Origin: an uncultured bacterium
GTDB lineage: Bacteria > Lernaellota > Lernaellaia > Lernaellales > Lernaellaceae
NCBI GenBank assembly: GCA_964534375.1
Contig: CAZHPN010000151.1
Span: 1-15,291, forward strand
Direction of reading: 5' to 3'
DNA length: 15,291 nt
Shown: positions 1 through 6,542 of the stretch, piece by piece
How positions within the stretch are numbered: position 1 is the stretch's first letter
Layout of the letters: every line of letters begins with the position of its first letter
Program-made: the position numbers and the translations under genes
Notes under the pieces: model-generated
What the model saw: the letters and a program-made list of their open reading frames with translations, nothing else
What the model was told of the DNA's origin: nothing
The model's database searches: none

Positions 1-7
1 GTTGACC

Positions 8-48
8 GCGGCCGAAGGCCGCCATTTGGTTGCGGCCCGAAGGGCCGC
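8..48. repeat. Pair of REP-like GC-rich hairpins with GAA loops, immediately downstream of the RluA-family gene
   Basis: GCGGCC-GAA-GGCCGC (8-22) and GCGGCCC-GAA-GGGCCGC (32-48) are both perfect stems. The second ends just before the TAG stop (50-52, minus strand). Confidence 0.7.
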
Positions 49-49
49 G

Positions 50-1006
50 CTAAGTGAACTCTGGGCCCTCTGTGGTTAGAATTCCGATTCTACGCAGAAA
101 TTCCGACGGCGGATCGCACGCGATGCGCAGCAGCGCGCGCGTCCGCGGATGCGGCAATTCCAGAACGGCTGCGTGCAGCCAGAAACGCCCTTCCGGCTCG
201 GGCGGGCCGCCATACAGTTCGTCGCCCAGCAGCGGAAAACCCCCGTGTGCCGCGTGCACCCGCACCTGGTGCATCGCGCCCGTCGCGCATTCGGCGCGGA
301 CCAAGGCGAAGCCGGGCAATTGCCGCAGCCGCGTGAATTGCGTCGTGGCCGGGCGCGCGCCGCGGCCGTGCGCCGGACGCGTTTCTACCCGCGGCGAGCG
401 GCGCGCCGGGTGGGCGATCGGCGCGTCGGCCCGCCAGGAATCCGGCGGCGCCCCGGCGCAGAACGCCAGGTATTCCTTGCGAACACGATGCTCGGCAAAG
501 GCCGCGCGAACCGCCGCGAAAACATCCGCGCTCTTGGCGGCGACGAGCACGCCGGACGTCCAGAAATCGAGGCGCTGGCAGAGGCCCGGCTCAAGCGGCG
601 AAAAACCGACGCCGGCCAGTTCCGGCCAGTGCGCGAGCAGCGCTTGCGCGACGGTGGCGCGATCGGCGGCGCGCAGCGGCGCGCTGTGATAGCCAGCCGG
701 CTTGGCGACGGCGAGCAATGCTTCGTCTTCATAAAGAATCGTCAACGGGCAGGCGTCATCCGGCTGCGCCGCTTGCCGCGCGGGCTCGGTCAACAGTTCG
801 ACGACGCGCCCTGGCGCGAGCATCGTGCCTTTGGCGGCTTTCTTGCCGTCGATGCGGACGCCGCCGGCTGCGATCAACGCCGCCGCCTGCCGCCGCGACA
901 AACCGGGGCGGATTTCGGTCAGAAAAGCGTCGAGGCGCACGGCCGCCGGACGGTCGGGAACAACCGCGGCGAAGCGATCGTCGTCAGGATCGTTGGAAGT
1001 CATCAT
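50..1006 (-). CDS. RluA/RluD-family 23S rRNA pseudouridine synthase with N-terminal S4 domain
   Basis: S4-like N-terminus (RLDAFL...SRRQAAALIAAGGVRIDG), motif I (ILYEDEALLAVAKPAG), catalytic motif II (QRLDFWTSG), HQVRVH, GDELYG and LHA. The start overlaps the upstream stop (ATGA). Confidence 0.93.
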   Translation of the reverse strand: MMTSNDPDDDRFAAVVPDRPAAVRLDAFLTEIRPGLSRRQAAALIAAGGVRIDGKKAAKGTMLAPGRVVELLTEPARQAAQPDDACPLTILYEDEALLAVAKPAGYHSAPLRAADRATVAQALLAHWPELAGVGFSPLEPGLCQRLDFWTSGVLVAAKSADVFAAVRAAFAEHRVRKEYLAFCAGAPPDSWRADAPIAHPARRSPRVETRPAHGRGARPATTQFTRLRQLPGFALVRAECATGAMHQVRVHAAHGGFPLLGDELYGGPPEPEGRFWLHAAVLELPHPRTRALLRIACDPPSEFLRRIGILTTEGPEFT

Positions 1007-1497
1007 TTCTTAATAAACAAAAAATACGATGCCGTGCCGACGAGCAGGCCGACCAGCAGCAGAATCCACAAGATCGCCGTAAAGCCAACGCCTTCGGGGT
1101 GGATCGGCTCGGCGCCGATGACGATCGCCGGCGCGGCCGGATCGGGCGCGCCGCGCGCCGGCGTCGGGCTTTCGTCGGCGACGGGCGGCGTGTTGGCGCC
1201 GATGGCGTCGCGCAGCAGCGATTGCCAATGCCAGCCGCCGCCGCAGAAGGCGTCGACAATGCGTTCGATTGTCGGAAAATCGACGCCTTCGGCCAGCGGC
1301 TGGCCCTCGTCGGCGTCGGCGCGGATGTGGCTCAAGGCGAAGGCGCCGTCGAGGTAGAAGATTTCGAGATATTCGACGTTGTCGCGGCCGATCGTGAAGT
1401 AATCGCCCTCGCGAAATTCCTGCTCGCGAAACAGCCGCAGCACCTCGTTGGCTTCCGGAATTTCGAACTCGCCGGCTTGGATGTAAACGGAAAACAT
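1003..1497 (-). CDS. Hypothetical protein (164 aa) with acidic N-terminal domain, Pro/Ala linker and C-terminal transmembrane helix
   Basis: Part of ORF 1003..1779 from the ATG at 1497 (MFSVYIQ...). It ends FTAILWILLLVGLLVGTASYFLFIKK, and its TGA overlaps the RluA ATG. The longer ORF start would overlap the + strand gene at 1559. Confidence 0.75.
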   Translation of the reverse strand: MFSVYIQAGEFEIPEANEVLRLFREQEFREGDYFTIGRDNVEYLEIFYLDGAFALSHIRADADEGQPLAEGVDFPTIERIVDAFCGGGWHWQSLLRDAIGANTPPVADESPTPARGAPDPAAPAIVIGAEPIHPEGVGFTAILWILLLVGLLVGTASYFLFIKK

Positions 1498-1558
1498 GCG
1501 ATTAACATAACCGGTTGCGCCGGATTCAACCAGCCGGCGCGGAACGCGGAGCACGCCC

Positions 1559-1918
1559 TTGCGGAAGATCGCCCTCGCGGCCGTCATCGTCGTCGCGGCC
1601 GTTTGCCTGGCCGCCGGATGCCGGCTGTTCAACCGGGCGGCGCAGTCCGCCGCGACGGACAAACTGCTGGAACTCGGCCAACGCGCCGCGGATGCGGAAG
1701 AGATGCACCTGCACCACGCGCCCGGCGGCGAGCCGCGTTTCGCCGGCCGTTTGGAAGACCTCTTGCCGTTCGACCCCACGTTGGCCGACGACCCGGCAGT
1801 CGTCTTCGACTTCGGCCCGGCCGACGATGCGAACTACAGCATCACGATTACGCGCGCAGGCAGCCCGGGGAAGGCGGTGTGCGATGCGGAAACGGGATGC
1901 AGGGTGGAAATGAAGTAG
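1559..1918 (+). CDS. Small hypothetical lipoprotein (119 aa), possibly with a pilin-like body
   Basis: TTG start, basic N-terminus, hydrophobic stretch and lipobox-like LAAGC. C-terminal YSITIT strand and Cys pair (CDAETGC). Confidence 0.75.
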   Translation: MRKIALAAVIVVAAVCLAAGCRLFNRAAQSAATDKLLELGQRAADAEEMHLHHAPGGEPRFAGRLEDLLPFDPTLADDPAVVFDFGPADDANYSITITRAGSPGKAVCDAETGCRVEMK

Positions 1919-1921
1919 AGT

Positions 1922-1949
1922 ATTGCGGATTGCGGATTGCGGATTGTCG
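1922..1949 (+). repeat. Heptamer tandem array (ATTGCGG)x3 + ATTGTCG
   Basis: Read directly. It starts 3 nt after the stop at 1918, between convergent genes. Confidence 0.85.
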
Positions 1950-1978
1950 GGCCGGCCTCGCAGTCTCCCAGCCTTACC

Positions 1979-3676
1979 CTATTTTTCGTGCGGCAGCAGC
2001 GCGTCAATGTCCTTGGCGCGGGAAATCAGGGCCGGAATCGACAGATCATCGCCGACCAGCAGACGAGTCGCCAGCGCCAGCACCATGTCGTTGTCGGCGG
2101 GATAGTCGGAGTACTCGTCGACCTCTTTCTTGATCCAGCGTTTGGCCATGGCGTAGTCGAACAGCGCCTTGGCGTCGATTTCGAGGTTCGGCGCCGGCGG
2201 CTGCGCGCGCGTTTGGTTTTTGCGGTGGTGTTCCATCCGCGCCTCGGAGTAATACGGATCGACGTCCTCGTGCGGCGGCCGTAACCGGATGTGCGGCGTG
2301 ATGCCGAATTCCTGAATCGAGGCGCCCGACGGCGTGTAATACATCGCCGTGGTCAAGCGCAGGCCGTTTTCGTTGGGCAACTCGAAAATCGATTGCACCG
2401 ATCCTTTGCCGAAGGTCTGATAGCCGAGCACTAGCGCCCGTTCGTGGTCTTTGAGCGCGCCGGCGACGATCTCCGCCGCGCTGGCCGAGCCGCCGTTGAC
2501 CAGCGTCACCATCGGGACTTTCGTCCACGGCCCGTGGCCCGACGCGAAGCGCTCGCGCTCTTGCAGGTAGCCGCGGCCGATCGTGTCGACGATCAGGCCG
2601 GACGACAGGAAACGGTCGGACACGGCCACGGCCTGGTCGAGCAGGCCGCCGGGGTCGTTGCGCAGATCGAGAATCAGCGCGCGCAGGCCGCCGCTCGCGG
2701 TCTCCAACTCCTGGATCGCCTTGTCCATGTCGTCTTCGATGCGGGCGTTGAATTGGATGAGCCGCACCCAGCCGATCCGGCCCGGCAGCAGCTTGCTGCG
2801 CACCGCCACCGCTTCGATTTTGTCGCGGACGAGCGACACCTCGAACGCGTCGGGGCGGCCGGCGCGTTTGACCGTCAGCAGCACCGCGGTGCCGATCTTG
2901 CCGCGGATGCGTCGCACCGCCCATTCCAGCGTCTGCCCCAGCGTGTCCTCGTGTTCGATGGCGACGATGCGGTCCTGGCTTTCCAGGCCGGCCTTCGCGG
3001 CGGGCGAGCCTTCCAGCGGCGCGATCACGACCAGCAGGCCCTTGCGCAGGCCGATCTCGACGCCCACGCCGCCGAAGCTGCCCTGCGTTTCCTGCTGCAA
3101 ATTCTTGTAATCGCCGAGGTCGAGAAACCCCGAATGCGGATCGAGCCGGTACATCATCGCGTCCAGCGCCATGTGCAGAAGATCGTCGCGCGATTGCGTC
3201 AAGCGCAACGCCGTTTTGCAGAAATCGACGCCGTCGAGAATGATCTGCGCCAGCTTGCGTTTGTCCGCCGGCAGATTGCGCGCGAAGGCGTCGCCGCCGG
3301 CCTTGATCGCGACGCGCGTCGGCGAGGCCTGCACCTCGACGTTGTCATAGGGCGTGGGAATCGGCGTCGGCGAGACTTCTTTGTCCTCCTGGAAAAACCC
3401 CGGCGGGGTCGGATCTTCGCCGCGTTCGCGGGCTTGCAGGAATTCCTTGATGAGCGCTTCCTGGGCGCCGTTCTGCACGTCTTTTTTCAAGCAGTCGATC
3501 AAGCCCGCGAAGGCGTCGGCGGTCAGTTCCCGCCGGTCGACCTTCTCGACGTAATAGCGATCGACCAGATCGAAGACGTCGAGGATGATCGTTTGGCGCG
3601 GATCGCGACGGCAGCCCGGCGCGGCGAGCGCCGCGGCCAAGCCGGCGACGAGCAGGCAGGCCCGGCACAGGGCCAC
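1979..3676 (-). CDS. ctpA: S41-family C-terminal processing peptidase (CtpA/Prc-like), predicted lipoprotein
   Basis: LDPHS, PDZ domain (FGGVGVEI...SPAAKAGL), LILDLRNDPGGLL, catalytic Ser (GSASAAEIVAG) and Lys (TFGKGSVQ), YYTPSGASIQ..GITP. GTG start and lipobox-like AAPGC. Confidence 0.93.
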   Translation of the reverse strand: MALCRACLLVAGLAAALAAPGCRRDPRQTIILDVFDLVDRYYVEKVDRRELTADAFAGLIDCLKKDVQNGAQEALIKEFLQARERGEDPTPPGFFQEDKEVSPTPIPTPYDNVEVQASPTRVAIKAGGDAFARNLPADKRKLAQIILDGVDFCKTALRLTQSRDDLLHMALDAMMYRLDPHSGFLDLGDYKNLQQETQGSFGGVGVEIGLRKGLLVVIAPLEGSPAAKAGLESQDRIVAIEHEDTLGQTLEWAVRRIRGKIGTAVLLTVKRAGRPDAFEVSLVRDKIEAVAVRSKLLPGRIGWVRLIQFNARIEDDMDKAIQELETASGGLRALILDLRNDPGGLLDQAVAVSDRFLSSGLIVDTIGRGYLQERERFASGHGPWTKVPMVTLVNGGSASAAEIVAGALKDHERALVLGYQTFGKGSVQSIFELPNENGLRLTTAMYYTPSGASIQEFGITPHIRLRPPHEDVDPYYSEARMEHHRKNQTRAQPPAPNLEIDAKALFDYAMAKRWIKKEVDEYSDYPADNDMVLALATRLLVGDDLSIPALISRAKDIDALLPHEK

Positions 3677-3732
3677 AAGTCTTGGTTTACGGCGAACGAT
3701 GAATTTCCTCCGAGCCGAAGCGAAGTTATCAA

Positions 3733-3806
3733 TTTCTAGGCGCCCCGTGATGTTTTGTCAACCAAGCGGCGCCGCGGTTGACAGCCGGAAACCGTAATTC
3801 TAGGTT
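3733..3806. promoter_or_regulatory. Back-to-back divergent sigma70-like promoters for the S41 gene (-) and the MBL operon (+)
   Basis: Plus strand: TTGACA (3778-3783), 17 nt, TAGGTT (3801-3806), then RBS AAGGAGG at about 3818-3824. Minus strand: TTGACA (3761-3756), 17 nt, TAGAAA (3738-3733). Confidence 0.65.
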
Positions 3807-3829
3807 CACGGAACAATAAGGAGGAGACG

Positions 3830-4564
3830 GTGCGGATCGAGAAAATCGAAAGCGGCTTCTTCGAGACCAACACCTATCTCGCCATCGACGAAGACACGCG
3901 CGAGGCCTTGCTGATCGATCCGGCGGGCAAGTGGCCGCGGATCGCCGCCATGATTCGCGAGACGGGCGCGCGCGTCGTCGCGATCGTCAACACCCACGGG
4001 CACTACGACCACGCCAACCGCAACCACGAGGCGAAGCGATTGACCGGCGCGCCGATTTGCATCCACGGCGCCGACAGCGAGCGCCTGGCCGGCCGTTTTT
4101 CGTGGCCGTCGCTTCTGCTGCGCGGCCGGTCGCGCCTGAGTCCGCCGCCGGACCGCCTGCTGGAAGAAGGCGACGTGATCGAAGCGGGCGCGCTGCAGTT
4201 CGAGGTCATCCACACGCCGGGGCATACGCCGGGCGGCATCTGCCTGCGGTACAAGAAGCACATTTTTTCCGGCGACACGCTGCTGGCCGGCGCGATCGGC
4301 CGGTCGGACATGAAGGGCGGCGATTACGATCAACTCGTCGCCGCCATCCAGGACAAGCTGTTCATTCTTTCGGACGACATATTCGTCTATCCGGGCCACG
4401 GGCCGCGGACGAACATCGAGGCCGAACGCAAGTTCAACATCTTCGTGCGCCTGCGTCCGGAGCAGATCGAAGAGTTGATGTTCGGCCCGCCGCGGCGCAA
4501 GAAACCCCAATCCCCAATCCCCAATCCCCAGTCCCCCGACGGGGCGCAGGGGCGCGAGTCATGA
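3830..4564 (+). CDS. MBL-fold metallo-hydrolase (glyoxalase II / YcbL-GloC-like)
   Basis: TNTYL, IDPAG, THGHYDH metal motif, HTPGHTPG, FSGDTL, GRSD and VYPGHG. GTG start with strong RBS. Confidence 0.93.
   Translation: MRIEKIESGFFETNTYLAIDEDTREALLIDPAGKWPRIAAMIRETGARVVAIVNTHGHYDHANRNHEAKRLTGAPICIHGADSERLAGRFSWPSLLLRGRSRLSPPPDRLLEEGDVIEAGALQFEVIHTPGHTPGGICLRYKKHIFSGDTLLAGAIGRSDMKGGDYDQLVAAIQDKLFILSDDIFVYPGHGPRTNIEAERKFNIFVRLRPEQIEELMFGPPRRKKPQSPIPNPQSPDGAQGRES
4505..4536 (+). repeat. Heptamer tandem array (CCCCAAT)x3 + CCCCAGT inside the MBL gene 3' end
   Basis: Read directly; translated as PQSPIPNPQSP. Confidence 0.85.
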
Positions 4565-5121
4565 ACGCGCCGTTGCTGCTGCCCTTCGCTGGCATCTCGC
4601 CAAAGATCGACCCTTCGGCATTCGTCGCGCCGGGCGTGGTGCTGGTCGGCGACGTTCGTGTTGGCGCGGAATCGAGCTTGTGGTTCGGGACGATCGTGCG
4701 CGGCGACGAGCACAAAGTGATCATCGGCGCGCGGACGAACATCCAGGACCTGTGCGTCTGCCACGAAACGCGCTCGATCGGGCCGCTGATCGTCGGCAGC
4801 GAAGTGACGGTCGGCCACGGCGCGATCCTGCACGGCTGCACGATCGGCGACCGTTGCATGATCGGCATGGGCGCGACCATCCTCGACGGCGCCGTCATCG
4901 GCGAGGATTGCCTCGTCGCGGCCGGCGCGGTGGTGCGTGAGGGCACAAAGGCGCCGCCGCGCAGCTTGGTCGCCGGCAACCCCGCCGCCGTAAAGCGAAC
5001 GCTCCACAGCCACGATCTCGAACGGATCGCCCATGCGGCCGAACATTATGTGAAACGGGCGGCGGAGTATCGCAAGCTGCTGGCCGAAGCCGCGCTGGCG
5101 GCCGAGCCGCCGACCGACTAG
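4561..5121 (+). CDS. Gamma carbonic anhydrase family protein (YrdA/CaiE/PaaY-like hexapeptide-repeat protein)
   Basis: The ATG at 4561 overlaps the MBL TGA. Motifs PKIDPSAFVAP, GDVRVG, RGD, NIQD, and His ligands in VCHE and VGHGAILHGC; IGMGA and GNPA. Confidence 0.93.
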   Translation: MNAPLLLPFAGISPKIDPSAFVAPGVVLVGDVRVGAESSLWFGTIVRGDEHKVIIGARTNIQDLCVCHETRSIGPLIVGSEVTVGHGAILHGCTIGDRCMIGMGATILDGAVIGEDCLVAAGAVVREGTKAPPRSLVAGNPAAVKRTLHSHDLERIAHAAEHYVKRAAEYRKLLAEAALAAEPPTD

Positions 5122-5163
5122 CTCGCCGTTCCGGTTCGGTATTTTCACAGCGCGTTCCCATCC

Positions 5164-5182
5164 GCTCGGCGGGCGGCCGAGC
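5164..5182 (+). terminator. GC-rich hairpin after the gamma-CA gene, possible terminator
   Basis: GCTCGGC-GGGCG-GCCGAGC, a 7-bp stem with no U-tract. Confidence 0.3.
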
Positions 5183-5206
5183 CACCGCGCCATCTCCCCG
5201 CAGACC

Positions 5207-5248
5207 TTGACCTTTATACAGTAGGGGGGTATATTATTCAGCAAGGAG
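5207..5248 (+). promoter_or_regulatory. Sigma70 promoter with overlapping CsoR/RcnR-family operator and RBS
   Basis: -35 TTGACC (5207-5212), 17 nt spacer, -10 TATATT (5230-5235). Inverted repeat TATAC-N9-GTATA (5215-5233) contains a G6 tract (5224-5229), the architecture typical of RcnR/DmeR/FrmR/CsoR operators. RBS AAGGAG at 5243-5248. Confidence 0.85.
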
Positions 5249-5258
5249 AAACAGCGCC

Positions 5259-5537
5259 ATGGCCCACACGATTCGCGAACGTAAAAAATTGCTCAACCGC
5301 ATTCGCCGCATACGCGGCCAGGTCGAGGGCGTCGAGAAGGCGCTGGAGGCAGAGAAAGACCCGTACTTTATCTTGCAGACGGTCGCCGCCTGCCGCGGGG
5401 CGCTGAACTCGCTGATGGCTGAAATCATCGAGGGCCACATCTTGTTTCACGTGCTCGACCCCGAGCGTCCGGCGTCCCCGGAGCAGGCCGAGGCGAGCCA
5501 GGAACTCATCGACATCGTGCGGACCTTCCTGAAATAA
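5259..5537 (+). CDS. rcnR: CsoR/RcnR-family metal-sensing transcriptional repressor (RcnR/DmeR-like)
   Basis: MAHTIRERKKLLNRIRRIRGQV...LQTVAACRGALNSLMAEIIEGHILFHV aligns without gaps to E. coli RcnR (recalled from memory) with His3, His60 and His64. It lies upstream of dmeF and has a cognate-looking operator. Confidence 0.92.
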   Translation: MAHTIRERKKLLNRIRRIRGQVEGVEKALEAEKDPYFILQTVAACRGALNSLMAEIIEGHILFHVLDPERPASPEQAEASQELIDIVRTFLK

Positions 5538-5550
5538 GCGGAGCAAAGCC

Positions 5551-6528
5551 GTGAAAAATCTCAATGCGGTTCACGGTCACGCGTGGCTGGTCGGGATCGT
5601 CGGCTTGGCCGTCGGACTCTTTTTGATGATTTACGTCCCAACGCTGAAGGGCGTGTCGGGCGTCATTTTGCTGATGGCGGTCATGCATTTGGTGGGGGCA
5701 ACAGTGTTTTTCGGGTCGCTGTTCGGGCTGGCACCGAAGCAGTTCGCGCGGGCGTGGTCGCATCTCCGGCCGCGACGGTCGACTTCCGACACGAACGATT
5801 TCGATTTCGGCTGGTCGTGGGGTTGGATGAACGGGCTGTGGCTCGCCGCCCTCGCGCTGGGGGCCGGCGCGGTCGCGGTGCAGGTCGCGGCGCCGGCGTG
5901 GTGGCCGGCGGCGTTTGGCTTGCTGCTGCTGGCCGTCGGTTTTTTCGCCGGCGGTCTGTCGTTGCGCTCGACGCGGCGGCTCGATGAGGCCGTGCTGCCG
6001 CTGGTCCCGCTGTTGTCGGGCGATTGCGATCTGGTTCTCGACGCGGGTTGCGGCGCCGGGCGCACGACGATCGCGCTCGCGAAAGTGGTCAAGCAGGGCC
6101 GCATTGTCGCCGTGGACCGGTTCGACGCCGGGTACATCGAAGACGGCGGCCGCGCTTTGCTGGACCGTAACCTGCGCCTCGCCCGAATCGTCGACCAAGT
6201 GCGGATCGAAGCCGGCGACATCGCGTCGCTGCCGTTCCCCGACGCCACGTTCGACAGCGCCGCCAGCGCCCACGTGATCGACCACCTCGGACCGCACAAA
6301 CAACGCGGGCTCGACGAGATCCGGCGCGTGCTCAAACCCGGCGGCCGTTTCCTGATGGTGATCCGCGTTCCCGGTTGGACGATGTTCGCCATGGCCAACG
6401 TGCTGTCGTTTTTCCTGACCTCGAAGCGGCAATGGCGCGACATGGCCCGCCGCGCCGGGTTCGAGCGCCGCGACGAGGGCGCGCACAACGGCTGCTGGTT
6501 CCTGCTCCTCGAACGGCCGGCGCAGTGA
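5551..6528 (+). CDS. Class I SAM-dependent methyltransferase with about 4 N-terminal transmembrane helices
   Basis: Motif I VLDAGCGAG, IVAVD, GDIASLPFPDATFD and EIRRVLKPGG (Methyltransf_11-like). The first ~140 aa contain four hydrophobic segments. GTG start 13 nt after the repressor stop. Confidence 0.9.
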   Translation: MKNLNAVHGHAWLVGIVGLAVGLFLMIYVPTLKGVSGVILLMAVMHLVGATVFFGSLFGLAPKQFARAWSHLRPRRSTSDTNDFDFGWSWGWMNGLWLAALALGAGAVAVQVAAPAWWPAAFGLLLLAVGFFAGGLSLRSTRRLDEAVLPLVPLLSGDCDLVLDAGCGAGRTTIALAKVVKQGRIVAVDRFDAGYIEDGGRALLDRNLRLARIVDQVRIEAGDIASLPFPDATFDSAASAHVIDHLGPHKQRGLDEIRRVLKPGGRFLMVIRVPGWTMFAMANVLSFFLTSKRQWRDMARRAGFERRDEGAHNGCWFLLLERPAQ

Positions 6529-6542
6529 AGGCGGAGACGGCA

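Noticed and set aside
1498..1779. N-terminal extension of ORF 1003..1779
   Set aside because: It overlaps the better-supported lipoprotein gene on the + strand and reads as low-complexity shadow sequence. The ATG at 1497 is preferred.
4505..4532. Cyanobacterial origin or horizontal transfer suggested by the STRR1-like heptamer
   Set aside because: Four short units are insufficient evidence. The surrounding composition is uniform and other unrelated heptamers occur in the same window.
3931..4560. Long N-terminal extension of the gamma-CA ORF (3931..5121); likewise 6375..6542 for dmeF
   Set aside because: These are out-of-frame overlaps with the upstream genes. Family similarity begins at ATG 4561 and ATG 6543 respectively.
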